Positions 13,880 through 27,559 of a DNA stretch of 64,000 nucleotides are shown piece by piece. Location: positions 5,364,071 through 5,428,070 of the forward strand of contig MU053810.1 in assembly GCA_013239625.1 (NCBI GenBank). Direction: 5' to 3'. Both the position numbers and the translations under genes were made by a program. The notes under the pieces are model-generated. The model saw only the letters and a list, made by a program, of their open reading frames with translations. It had not been told where the DNA came from and searched no databases. The DNA comes from Lama guanicoe. Lineage: Eukaryota. The stretch's first letter is position 1; each line of letters opens with the position of its first letter.

Positions 13880-15360
13880 ATAGTTAATGATTGAATTGTC
13901 CTGTGTGCCAGGCTCCACTCAAACTACTTAGAAGTCATCAGTGAAGAAAACAGGTGAAAATTCCTTCCATTCAACGAGCCTCCATTCTGGTCCAGGGACG
14001 CAGACAGTAAGCAATAGCATTTTGAGTAAGTCAATCACAGACTATGTGAATAGTACAGGAAAAAAAGTGGAAGACAGTAGAGAGATCTGAGGTCCTGGAG
14101 GTGCAACTTTAGATCCAGTAGACCAGGTAGGCTCAATGAGAAGAAGAGATTCAAGCAGAACCAGAAAGAGCCAGAGGAGAGAGCCTTGGCGATACCTCGG
14201 AGAGAAGCGTCCTGAAGAATCTGAGGGTCATATCACAGTCAAGGCTCCATGTGGGAGCTCCCAGGCATCTTGGAAGAGCACCAGCCTGGTGTGGCTGGAG
14301 TAGAGTGAGGGAGGGTAGCCAGAGAGGGAGTTGGAGAGGGTGTGGGAACAGTATCACGTAGTGCCTTCAAGTCAAAACAGCTTTGGCTTTTACTCAACTT
14401 AACACGAGAAGCCACTTCAAGGTATGAAGCACAGATGGACATGATCTGACCTACATTTCAGAAGGATCACTCAGGCTGCTGTGTTGTGAACTGGCTGTAA
14501 GAGCAGAAGGAAATCTGTTAGGAGGCTATGATAATAATGCAGGGGAGACAGTGGTGGTGGCTAGGACCGATGTAACAGAATCTCAGATGATGAAAAGTGG
14601 TCGGATTCTGGATATGTACTGAGGGTAGAGTCAGCATGAATTTGAGAAAGTGGAGCCAAGGAAGACTTTTAGGATTCAGGTCTGAGCAACTGGAAAGTCA
14701 GGCTGTTAAATGATGGAAGAAAGACTTTGGATGACTTACGTTTCAGAGGTTCCATGTCTCAGTTTTGAACGTGATGAATTAGAGATGTCTCTCCAACATG
14801 TGGAATAAAAATTGGGGCGTCATGAGTATAGAGATGATATTTAAAGCCATGTGTCTGGATGAGAGGGCCATGGGCATGGATGTCGATGGAGAAAAGGAGG
14901 ACCTGACAGCTTCCCATGGGTGGTTAAGACAAAAGGGTGAATCAGCAAAGACCAATGAGCCACCAGCAAAGAAACACAAGAGGCTGTCCTGCAAGTCAAG
15001 TGAGGTGATGGACTACATCAAAAACTGAGGACTGGGACACAGGAGCAGCTTCTGTAGAATGGTGGGGGTGGGGGGTAGATCAACTTGAAATGGGCTTAAG
15101 GTAGAATGGGAGGCGAGGAATAGACAAGGAGGGGTAACAGATCTTTGAGGGAAGTTTGCTAAAAGGAGTGGAGAATTTGGTTGGAAACTGGAGTCGGAGG
15201 AAGTGGGTTGAGAAGAATTTGTTGGTCAGTTTGTCTCCTTGTTTGTTTAAGATGAGAGTACATTTGTGCTCGCAGGGAGGATCCAAAAGGAGGCAGAGAG
15301 ACGGATGAAACAGTAGAGAGATGGAGAAATTCCTAGATCAGCATCTTTGAGATGACGAGA
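13880..15360 (-). mobile_element. L2 LINE remnant
   Basis: Purine-rich L2 antisense motifs: tgtgccagg, gatctgacctacatttcagaaggatcactcaggctgctgtg, tggtcggattctggatatgt, gagatgatatttaaagccatg. Confidence 0.75.
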
Positions 15361-17539
15361 GGATAAAAACACTAACACCCAAGCAATGGCTGAATGAGTT
15401 CATCTTCATGAACCGGGTCTAGATCTATCTTTGTTTTCCTGAAGGAGCACAAAGCTTTGTTCATGGTCGCTGTTCCACAGGTGTGATTGTGATTGCTTGC
15501 TCTTTCGTTAATGTAGAAAAGAAAAAAATGCATACACTTCAAATTTTCCTCTTTCCTCTCTCTTCTATTATATTATTATTATCTAGTTCATTCCATTATT
15601 TCACCCAACATTATTTTCGTAAGGAGAGAAGAAGGTGGGCAGTCAGGGAGAGAACGGAAAAAGAGAGAGAGAGAGGGAAAGAGGAGAGAACCTATCAAAC
15701 TTCATGAAACTTTATTGTTCTATCTGGGGACAAATAAAAGCCCAGCAGTGAGGGAAATGCTGTATTTCCTGCCCCTGTGTCACTCATCATAGCTGGACAG
15801 TTGTCAGGGTCACCTAGCTGTCAACCAACCAACGTGCTCCGTCCCTCGTGGCTTTCTTGCTGATGGAGGGGACTGTTTTCCCACCCACTTTCCCTCCTTC
15901 TGATGCTGCAGCGTTTTCCTCTCTTTGGCTCTGTCCCTGGGTTCCCAACTGTCTCTCCACCCACACACACACAGGGATTGATTTCCTCTGTGGGACAAAC
16001 TTTTTTATTTTCCTTATAAAACGTGAGTGCACTTTCTGTTGCTAAATTAGTTCTCTGTCTGTTGCATGTCTAGAGCGCCTGTTCGAAACACTGGTGAGAA
16101 CTGACCTAGTACAGAAGACTTCTCAACTTCTCTTCCTAGCATTTTCTAGTAATTATGTATCTTCATTAGCAAAACAAAACAAAACAAAACTTTGGCCTAA
16201 ATCTTTAGTAATGAAGCAAATCAGACCACCACTAAACCTCATTAAGAATAATTTAGGAAGGATCGTTCCCCAATTCAGGGAGGCTGAGACCAGCAGTTGG
16301 CTCAGAGAATACAAGTTGGTGCCAGACTTCTATGAATCTGGGACTTGGTCTCACACATTCAAAAGTTACAGATTCTTGCCACATCCTTATCTAATTTGTG
16401 CAATGAGTCTTGCATGCCCCATATTTCAGTCTCAGCCTTCACCCCAGAGCTGTGGTTCTCTGTTGCATTAACTTTTGACACCCCCTGGGTGTGTTAGAGA
16501 TGCCGATCAGAGCCCCCATTGAAGGAGTTGGCAGTGGGCCCTCGTGTGTCCAGACAAAGGCTGATCGTGTCTTAGTCTGATCGGCGATTTGCGATGGGGT
16601 CTGGCACAGAAGGAGAAGCTAGACCAAGCCTGATGCTCCTCTTGTATTTTGACCGGGAAATATTGAAAGAATGAGGCACTTACTAATGCAAGAGAATCTG
16701 AAATCATGATGAAAACCAGAGAGGTCGGGGAAGCCATTTTGGGCATGCATGCTGAGGTCACGAGGAAGCAGAAATTATAGGCAATCATAGGACACCTGGT
16801 GGCAGAAAGAAGACCATGAACCCACATAAGAGAAGCTTCATTGCCCAGGAAATGGAAGGGTTAGCTGGCTACTGGAGGCAGACCCAGGTATTCAAAGCCT
16901 GAAGTTCACACAGTTCTAAGTGTCTTATATAAGAAAAAGGATATAAAATTACAAATAGCAAATCACTGGATATTGTCGCACGTTCTTGGTAAAGATCCAG
17001 CCCAGGCATAGATCTTGAAGTTTAAGCTTTATTGAGTTCACAGAAAACTCTTCCCTGCTAATCACTAAAAAGGCTTGATTTCTGTCAGTATTGAGAGCTC
17101 TTCTCAAGTTGGTAAGCATCCTGAAAATAAACCCCATTTAACTTACGCTAGATGTTTCATCGCAACAAAAGCCTGATTAAAACTTGTGATGTGTACTTCA
17201 TGTACACTGACAGCAGGTCAGCAAATTAGGAGATGTATTTATTTATCTGATCACCTTGGCAACAGGAAACACATTGAGTCCACTAATTAAAAAAAAAAAG
17301 CTATCTGGGCGTCTAGATTTTCTTTCCCATTAGCAAGGTATTTAAAAGTCTCCACTATTGAAATACACTATCTTCATGCTATTGGAGTTCCATTCTGAGG
17401 TTATAAGCTGCTTCTTATACCTTCTCTGTACTCTTAGAACCTAAATCTGCTGTAGTATTGAAAAGGAGCCCAGAAAGAAAAAAAAAATAGAAAAAAGTAT
17501 CTCAGTAGGTATGTGTTTTCTTTAAATTTTATGCCTCTG

Positions 17540-19000
17540 TAAGACTTGGTTTAATAATTTCAACTTTTAACTTGACTGTGGTCAAATTTATCCATTTTTC
17601 CTTAATGATTAATGTATAGAGATCCTTTTCAACAAATCTTTGACTGTCTCAAAGTCACAAGGATATTCTCCTGTGTTTCTTCTAAAAGCTTTACTATTTA
17701 ACCTTTCGTATTTATATCTATAGTCCATTTAAAATTGATTTTATGTTTTGGTGTGAAGTAGGGATGAAGATTCATTCCCCTCCCCCATATTGTCAGTGAA
17801 ATACAAGTTAAAATCATAATGTACTTACCCTACCATTGAGAGATAAATCATTTATAAGTTTCTTGTATTTCTGCGCATCTTGCAAGCAGAGGTCATACTC
17901 TGCTTTGAGAGCCTGATTTTCTTCCTAATTACATTTTCAAAGATGTCTGTATAGTGTACAGCTTTGGAAGATAAAGACAGTGCCTTCTTCCGGAGCAAAG
18001 CCGGAGAGCATACATCCCACTCTAAAAGATTTGGGTGTCCTAAGCACAAGATTCCTCTCCTGTAATGCACTTCACCACTCACGTGGGTGCCAAATGGCTT
18101 TATCTGCATCGCTCTGTCAGATCTGAGGCTCAGTGTACATGTGCAGACATGTTGATATTCTGGTTCTGTAACTGATACGGAGTAACAAAATGTCCTTCAT
18201 CCTCTGACCCAGGAATTTTGAGTTTTCTTCCAAGGTTCATGAAATTGGAGTGAGCTAACTAGTTTGAGTATAGAATAAAAAAACCCAGCCCTTTATAGTT
18301 CTTGACACTGTACATCCTCTAGAATTGCTAAAAATAATAAGATGAACTTTATCAACTATTGAAAATGATGAGAAGCCACTGGAACTCACCCTCTTGTTGG
18401 GGATGTAAATTGCCATGTCTACTTTGGAAAACTGTTTGACAGTATCTGCTAAAGCTGAACATGGTACCCTGTGACTCAGTACATTTCCTCCCCTGGGCAT
18501 CTACTGGATAGAAATGTATCCATATGTTTACCAAAAGACAGGTACAAGAATGATCATGGGCACAGTCTCCATAATTGCCCGCAACACAAAACAAGCCAAA
18601 TGCCCATCAACAATAGAGTAGACAGAGAAATTGTATATTCATATAATGAAATACTACACAGAAATGAGCATAAACTAACTACGGTTACACAGAGCAGCTT
18701 GGAGGAACTTTGCAAACATAACATTGAGTGGAGGGAGCAACATACAAACCAGTACATATTGTGGTATATTCCAAACTAGGAGAGCTAGTATATAGTGTTA
18801 AAAATCATGACAGTGGTTTTCTTTGCTGGTGGTTAGTGCAAGACATGGGGCTCTGAGGGGTTCTTCTAAGGTGCTAATAATATTCTCTTGCCTAACCTGA
18901 GTACTGATGATGTAACTGTGTGTTCACTATGTAAAAATGCATTAAGTTATAGACTCACGACTTGTGCACTTTTCTGCCTATATGCTCTACTTCAGTAAAA
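17540..19000 (+). mobile_element. Old L1 (L1M/ME-like) 3' fragment with an inverted 5' piece (17540-17790) and a nested LTR
   Basis: An antisense L1 ORF2 piece is followed by sense L1 (aaatcataatg...tttggaaaactgtttgacagtatctgctaaagctgaac...cttgtgcacttttctg). Confidence 0.7.
17837..18307 (+). mobile_element. Solo LTR (MER21/MER68/MER77-like group) inserted in L1
   Basis: TG...CA termini. The 3' part, ctctgacccagga...catgaaa...gctaactagtt...ccctttatagttcttgaca, resembles this recalled LTR group. L1 sequence resumes on both sides. Confidence 0.65.
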
Positions 19001-21384
19001 AGACAGATTATCACAACTCTGAGAACTTTCACTTAGTGTGCTAAGTTACCTCCAGATAATTCTATCTAATAATTATCTCATTCAAGATTAAACAGTGTAA
19101 TTTAGAGTGCCATTGGTTTTGGAGGGCATGGTTTGCAAACTCCATCAAGAAAACAGCAATCATAGTACTAAAACTGCTTTAACATGAAATGACTTAAGGC
19201 TTACATGTCTTCATGCATACCGTATAATTTTTACCAATTTTTTGATATGTTAAAATATGTTATAGGGTGAATAATAACTGATTCAGATTGTATTTATTAA
19301 GATAAAAAATAAGAAACTTAATTCAAGGTTGTCTAAAACTAAAAAAACCCAGACATACCTTTAGTAATAATAACTAAAATAATAATAATAGAAAATAACT
19401 TTTACTGAGGGCTTCCTATGTCCAAAGCAATCTTAGTCATAGATGGGTATGTTTCCATTTAATCTTCTCAACCAACCCATGACGTTTTAGAGTCCTTGAA
19501 CTCTACACACAATCCTGACCACAACATCACACTTGGATTAGTTCATTACTTTGCAGAGCATTAAGGATTACATTATCAACCATCAAAATATCAAAATAAA
19601 TATAGCAAATGTAATTTGTGAAATGACAGCACATTTTGGGAAGAATTTAAAAAATAACCTTTAAGTGAAAAGTGAATAGAAATAACCACCATCCCCTCAA
19701 AACCTGCTGTGCAAAGCTTAAGAAATGATGGATTACTCATAATCCTTGCTCATTTGTGCTCTGACTCATTTGCCATTTAGCATTATGTTCACTGAAGGTA
19801 ACAACACAGGGAGTTAACCCCACTTATCAAAGTGTGCAGTGCAGAAGTATCTGTAACGCATTTTAAAGACGCTTGGGTTAATTGGCTGTGTTAAAATCCT
19901 CATTTGTTGAGTCTAGAATTTATTATTACACCAGAATACCAAAGAAACAGGAAAAATTACACCTCCTCTAACACTGTTTTTGATGTGATGCTTGAAAGCT
20001 CTCTGCTTTGGGTTTTTAGTGTGGGCGGGGTAGGGGAGACTCTGTATGGTTCTAATTCTTACTTTTTCAGAAAAGCTTCAGAACCATTTCTGAGAAAATA
20101 CTAAAATACAAGTGAAATAATTAATTTTGTCCATTTAAATGTGTCAATTATCATGTAAAAAGAGTGGGCTGGGAGAATCATTTACTGGATTCCATGCTAA
20201 GTCAAGAGATGTCTCATTGACCTGAGGTGATGAAATCAATTTTTTTTTAACTGTGCTTGAGAATTGGTATGAAACACCCAAAACAGGCGTAGTCAGGGTG
20301 AAGTAATCTTTAAAAATTGAAAACCCTGTGCTCCGTATGCTATCCTAATGCAAGCATTTTGTGTTACGGACTTCAGTCATTAACCTAACATGCCGTGGTA
20401 GTCACAGGACAGGTCTCTGAATTCTTGGAGACCCCACCAAATAGCCTTCATCAGATGTTTCAGTCATTTATTTTGGTTCTCCTGTCACAGAGATTAAGGA
20501 ATAATAAAGAAGGCTTCTAGAGTACTCTATTCATTCTCTACATCTGCCTTTACAAGCTCTCCTCTTAGAAAATGTTCTTTAAAATAGAACATGGTTTATG
20601 AAGACAATAAAATAATTCACCCTCCTCAGACATTTCTAAGTTGTGCTATGATTGACCCCCCAAATTCACATTTGTTGAGTTAAAGCAAGGGTGAATGGTC
20701 ATGTGAGGTGACTGTGTATAAGATCTGCTTTTGTATACTGAGAAAATGTTGAAAGCCTGTTTTTCTTCCTGTTTGGATGGTCTAGAGGCCCCGCTGATTC
20801 ATTCATTCAGAGACTAAGGAAGGTATTTGTGTGGTGACCATCTGGTAGGCATGGTGCTAGAAATAAATACAGGGGATGGGGTGGTGGGAGTAATGATTTC
20901 CAAGTTAGAGGGCATGAGAGTTTGGGGAGAAAATGTGAGGCTGGCAAAGCCCTCCACGGATCCAGCAGGGGTTGCAGTGCTGGTCTCAGCAGGGAGAACC
21001 CAGTAGAAAGTTCTCTACATGCCAGGGGGACCTGGTGCAAGCAAGTTTGTTCTTTAAATGAATCTGTTGGCAGTGTTCAGATGTGAATGGAGCCCGACAA
21101 GGCTCCAGACCACTGCACAGCAGAGGTTTCCAGATGTAAAGTGAGAAATCCACATTTGGGAATGTTGACTGGGTTGATGACAGGGAGAAGAGGAACACAG
21201 AATTTCTTTGAAAGATGTTTGTAAAGGAAGAAGAATTCATGTAATTTCCTGTCTGATTGGATGGAGAGACCAAGGAGGAGCAAATAACGTGGCGGGTTCC
21301 AGCTGAGGCAGTTAGAAGACCAGCATTTCTGCTGCGGAAAAGGGAATCAAGAGATTCTGTATCTAGCTTAGTCATATTTCTTCG

Positions 21385-22145
21385 GTTTGTTTTGTTTTGC
21401 TTTTTATTGAAGTATTGATCTACAATATTATATGTTACAGGTATACAAATATAGTGATTCACAATTTTTCAGTTATACTCCATTTGTAGTTATTATAAAA
21501 TATTGGCTGTATTCCTCATGTTGTACAATATATCCTTGTAGCTTGTTTTATACCAAATAGGTTGTACCGCTTAGTTTCTTATCCCAGCATTAGTTACCCC
21601 TTCCCCTTCCCTCTCCCCACTGATAACTACTAGCTTGTTCTCTGTATCTGTGAGTCTGTTTTTTGTTGTTGTTGTTGTTATATCTACTAGTTTGTTGTAT
21701 TCTTTAGATTCCACATATAAATGATATCATATAGTATTTGTCTTTCTCTATCTGACTTATTTCACTTAGCATAATGCCCTCCAAGTCCATGCATGTTGCT
21801 GCATTTGCAGAATCCCCTTTTTCATGGCTGAGTAATATTCCTGTGTGTGTGTATGTGAGTGTGTGTGGACACATGTACATGTATATACCACATTTCTGTA
21901 TCCATTCATCTGTTGATGGGCACTTGGGTTGCTTCCATATCTTGGCAATTATAAATAGGGCTGCTATGAACATTGGGGTGATTGGGGTGCATTTATCTTT
22001 TTGAATTACTATTTTAGGTTGTTTTTTTTTTTTTTTGGATATGTATCCAGGAGTGGAACTGCTGGGTCATATTGTAGCTCTATTTTTAGTTTTTTGAAAA
22101 ACCTCCATACTGTTTTCCACAGTGGCTGCACCAATTTACATTCAC
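21385..22145 (-). mobile_element. L1 LINE 3' fragment
   Basis: Minus-strand [28 protein letters not shown]...MDLEGIMLSEISQIEKDKY is the L1 ORF2 C-terminal region. T-rich tail at the left. Confidence 0.92.
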
Positions 22146-23399
22146 ATTAGAGCTGAATTCACTTATCAGCAAGAAGATATATATGTGATATTTTATGTTC
22201 TGAATCTAGAGCTCCTGTTGTAATTTAATTAAAATGAATGTTATCTATTCGCAATTTGTTGGTGTCTGGTTTAGTGTAATAGATTTGGGGTGGGAAAAAT
22301 ATTAGCATTATCAGCTCTCTACTTATTATGAATATTTTTTTTTCTCTCTTCTCATTCTTTAGGATTGAGTAAGTATGTGTGTGTGTGTGTATGTGTAAGA
22401 GATATTTGGGCAGCCATATCCATCACTGGGCACAAAGCAAGAGGCAACACCCTTATCTGCAAACAACTGGCAAATTGGAGGCAGAATCATTGTATAAAGA
22501 ACTCAGCATCTGAAGGGCTCACAACCACCAGCTGACGCTTTCAGAAAAGACACTGAAGGAAATAATTATAACAGAATTATTAATAAGAGTTTTTTTGACT
22601 GTGAATTTCTTTCACACTTATGCCCGTTTCCTGTAGCTACATGTAAGTGAAAGTGAACCGACCCTTGGGGAAAACCACCCAGTCCCTGTCTGCCAGTAGG
22701 AAGGCACAAGAGAAGCATGATTAATATTCATGGACTGGTTACCATGTGCTAAACGCTCCATGCTTCTTAGTACTTTTAGTGCCCCACAACCTCGGGAAGT
22801 AGACGCTATTTTTCCTAATTTGCTGACAAGAAGCCTAATCTTCCAAGAGGACAAGGATTTCTCCAAGGCTGCTCAGAGCAGGATGTATTTGTGGGTATTC
22901 AGACCAAGGCCAGGGCAATACATTAGCCACGTGCCCTGAAGCATTAAGCCATTTTGAAACTTGTACAGCTTTATTCAGAATAGAGGACTCAGACTGTGTG
23001 GTCTGGTTAGAGCCAGGCTTATTTCATAACGAAGTTCATCAAATAACCCTTGATCCAGCAAGATTTCAGCAAATCATTCTCTCTACTTCCTTCTTTCCTT
23101 CCTTCTCCCTCCTTCCCTTCCTTTTTTAAAAAACATTACCTTTGTTTCATAGGTGAAAAATACACACACGCTGCAGGATGGTGGCAAAATTTCACCATGT
23201 TGAATTACTATTTGTTAATCCATTTTATAATTAGATGATTCCAAGACAAAATCTCCAACACTAATAGTAGAAATGACTATAACCCAATCAATATATATAC
23301 ATACATACATGCATATAGCTATATACATATACATCTATATACATATACACACAATATATACATACACCTATATCTAAAATCAGTATTTGCCTCTGATTA

Positions 23400-23560
23400 T
23401 CTGCTTAGCCTTGGGTGTAATTTTTCATCTTGCTTAAAGTCTCTTCCCCTTTACATAGTGGGGATAATAATGGAGCCCATCTTGTAGAATTGTTGTGAGG
23501 ATGAAATTAAATAATGTGTGAAGCTCTCACACAGTGCCTGGTACATAGTAAGCACACAGT
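23400..23560 (+). mobile_element. MIR remnant
   Basis: ggggataataatgg...ttgtgaggatgaaattaaataatgtgtgaagctctcacacagtgcctggtacatagtaagcac. Confidence 0.75.
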
Positions 23561-25199
23561 ACAATGTTGTAAAAAGTTCAAATTGTACCTGCATGTCATT
23601 GAAACGTTGCATTTCTGTTGCTTAGGGTTTAACTTGCCTACTTACTTTTGTAGACGATTATCTCTTAGGAACCCACATCCATCCTGATCTCCCTGTTGCA
23701 GAGGTAACTACTACTGTCGTCAAGTAGAGAACCCTTCCCAAACGGTTATCTGGCGTTAATGTGTGTGATCAAAGGCACCCCTCTGTTCTCTCCAGATGGG
23801 ACTGTGCTTAAACCTACCCATTTCAGTTTACAAAACCCTTTGAGTGAGATCTTTCAGGATGAAAGAAGGGCATTTTCTATATTATTATTGCTATATGGTG
23901 TTTTATGTCTGTTTTATGGCTATTGTTTTTGTGACAAGAGTCTTTCCTCCCAAAGTCCTCAAGGTGCAGAATGAAACCTATTGGCCAAAATATTGTTAGG
24001 TTTCAATTATTTGTCAAGATCTTTGGAACACTTGGATTTAGCATACTATCTTGGTAAAAAAAAAAACTATTTTGAGTACTCTAATGATAAAGCCCCTTTA
24101 GGTGCCGCTGCAAGTATGAGTGAGGCAACTTCCTTAAATACATGATTCAGAGAGCTGGTAATTCTGGCATTGGGATTTCTTCTCAGAAGAGCACAAAATA
24201 CTTCTAAAGGTGCTGAGTCCACTCATTACAACCTGTAGTATAAGGCAATTTGGCTCAAGAACATGTTCTTTTATTATCCCAAATCCATTAGCACAAACTT
24301 TCTCATTGAATGTGATAATGCAGGTTTTAGATTCTCTCTGATACTTTATTTGGAATACGGTGTCCAGATATTGAATGATCTGGGATTTTTTTTTTATGAG
24401 AAAGTCCATGTTTCCTTTGAAGAAGGCATCTCCAAACAAGACAAGAATGGAAGCAGTAACTTTGAAACAGTACTTCACTTGCTTTCAAATTATTTTTATG
24501 AAATCAGAGGACTTTGGAGCTGAGAGGAATCTTCAGAAGTCATAAAAAAACTTACTCAGATTTCTTTTTTTTAACAATGAAGGAAATTAAAGTTAAGTAG
24601 AATAGGTCATTAGAGTTTAAGTTTAGAACGTGTTCTTAAGTCTTCTAGACCATAGTTATCAAAACTGTTGTCTTAAAAACACTATGTACGTTACCATAGG
24701 AAACTCCTATAATATTTTAAAATTTGGATACGTCACTTTTAAACTCCCCATACCTAGAAGTCTCAACTATCTGGAAACCGCTTTCCACATGGTTTTAAGA
24801 AAAGATGGAAAACAGTGGGAAGCGGAATAATTGATTCAGTACATTTATTTGAAATAACAATACATAATATTACCTAGAGTCATCCTGGCTTTACCATGAT
24901 AATTGTTCATAGTCATGTTCCCTAGGACTTCAAGGTCATAAAATATTTGACTAAATTAAAATATTTTAAAAGATTTTCAATAAGTCTCCTCAGGATTCCT
25001 TTGAATTCAGTGAATGAAAATATCATAGCCCCTGAGAACTCTGGTTAATAGAATATTTAGATAGTGGCTTTTTTTAGTTTCAAAATTTTCACACCCTAAT
25101 TTTTTAAAAGACATGAAAAATAAAGTATCTTTCCAGTGTTACCTACTGAAGTCTGATCAATGATCCTAACTTAACTACTTTTCTTTTTGTTAAGTGATC

Positions 25200-25457
25200 A
25201 TAAATAATTTATTTTATTTTTTTTAATATTTTTTATTGATTTATAATCATTTTACAATCTTGTGTCAAATTCCAGTGTTCAGCACAATTTTTCAGTCATT
25301 CATGGACATATACACACTCATTGTCACATTTTTTTCTCTGTGATTTATCATAACATTTTGTGTATATTTCCCTGTGCTATACAGTGTAATCTTGTTTATC
25401 TATTCTACAATTTTAAAATCCCAGTCTATCCCTTCCCACCCTCCACCCCCCTGGTAA
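25200..25457 (-). mobile_element. Young lineage-specific L1 3' terminus
   Basis: T-rich tail followed by sequence highly similar to the L1 3' end at ~52630-52860 in this window. Confidence 0.85.
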
Positions 25458-25489
25458 TGTTAAGTTACAAACATAGGCCATATAAACAA

Positions 25490-26560
25490 AGGCCACATAG
25501 AGTTGGTAATGGATTCTTAGGTAAGATACCAGAAGTACAAGCAACTAAACATAAAATAGATAAATTGGACTTGGCCAAAATTAAAAATGTTTGTGTATCA
25601 ATGGACACTATCAAAAAAAAAAAAAAAGAAAAGAAAAAAGAACCTACTGAATGAGAGAAAATATTTAGCATCCAGAATATATAGAAGACTTACAAATCAC
25701 AACAAAAAGACAACTCAATTATAAATGAGCAAAGAAGTTGAAAAGACTTTTCTCCAAAGAAGATGCAGAAATGGTCAAAACACACCTGAAAAATGTTAAA
25801 CATCAATAGTCATGAGAGAAATTCAAATCAAAACCACAATGAGCAGCCACTTGAATACATATTAGGAGAGCTATCATCAAAACAATGCAAAACAGCAAAT
25901 GTTGGTGAGGATGTGAAGAAATGTGAGCTTTGTACATTGCTGTTGGGAAGGTAAAATGATGCAGCCATTGTGGAAAACACTTCATGGTGCCTCAAAAAGT
26001 TAAATACAGAACTCCAATTTGATCCAACAATCCACTCCAAAGAACGTGTACCCAAAGAAATTGCAAAGAGAACTTGAACATGAATGTTCATGGCAGTACT
26101 ATTCACAACAGCCAACAAGTGAAAACAACCCAAATGTCCATAATGGATAAATGGATAAACAAAATGTGACTTATACACGCAACAGACTATGATTCAGCTA
26201 TAGAAAGGAATGAAGTTCTGATAGATGCAACAACATGGATGAACCTTGAAAGTATGATGCTAAGTGAAATAAGTCTGAGAGAAAGGGACAAATATTGCAT
26301 GATTCCAGTTATGTGAAATATCTAGAATAGGAAAATTCATGGCGATAGAAGAAAACTTAGAGGCTACTAGGGGCTGGGAAGAGAGAGAGGGCAAATTACT
26401 ATTTAATGGTACACAGTTTCCATTTGGAGACATGACAATGTTTTAGAAGTAGACAGAGGCGATGGTTACACAATACTATGAACGTACTAAACACCACTGA
26501 ATTGTATACTTGAGAATGATTCATTTTAGGTTACATGAATTTTATCTTAATTAAAAAAGA
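25490..26560 (+). mobile_element. L1M (L1MB-like) 3' fragment
   Basis: GNGFLGKIPEVQATKHKIDKLDLAKIKN ORF2 remnant and L1 3'UTR motifs (caacatggatgaaccttgaa, ccactgaattgtatact). Confidence 0.9.
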
Positions 26561-27559
26561 GGTTATTAAAGTATCAAATTTTATGTGAGCTGAAAATTTT
26601 AAAAGGGAGATTCACAAATATGTCACTAAATATTGTAGGAATTGCTGGAATATTTTTGTTTTAAATATGTGCTAGAGATTCAGAAAACAGTAAGCATTTG
26701 TTTCTGTATCCTTTTATAAAGATAAAAACCTTAAGCTGAGTGAAGACTAATCACCTTAAAGCACTAGAATTGAGGTGACTGAAAGTACAAACAGAAGAGA
26801 AAAATTAAGAATATTACTCTGACAGCTTGAGTGGCATTTTACTGCACTATCTGCTTGCCAGTAGAAATGTGGGAATGCTTAAAAATAGACATGATGAAGG
26901 AATCATAACAAATGCTAGGGACATGTCTGTAACACAACTGAGTATGAATTATAAAGATAAGTTCTTTTCATTATTTACACTAGTATTTATTCCAGTCCTA
27001 TCAAAATAGGGATTAATATTTCTTAATGTTACAAGAATTTTACTGGTTATTAACTAAATATTTGGAGACAGATATTAACTAAATATCTGAGCACAGAATT
27101 TGTATGTAGCTGGGCTCCTGCATCACTAAATTTTCTGAGCCTCAGTTTCTCAGCTGTAAGATGGAGATAACAAAACCTCTTCTTCTTGAGTGGGGAGAGT
27201 AACAAGAGATGATTTATGTAAATCAAATAACCTGGTACAGCATAAACAACTATTAAGCATTTAAAGAAAGACCGTCTATATCCTAAGGCTGTCTCAGTGA
27301 GGTTTCTGTTTAACATTTGCTCCCTATCTCAGGTCTGGTGGAAGACTTACTTCAGTATTTAAAATGGGAGTTTTTTAAGGAACAGCGCTATGGAGCTTTG
27401 AAACTAAACATGAGCCTCTTCCATGTTTTAAGGAGTGGGCTACTCCATAGAAAACCCTTTGTACAGTGAAATCATCATAAGGGGTTTCTCTGAATAAGCA
27501 CATTCCTATTGCCACGAATAGGAGTTTCTAATTGTTTAATCATCTAAGAAAATTGGGAA

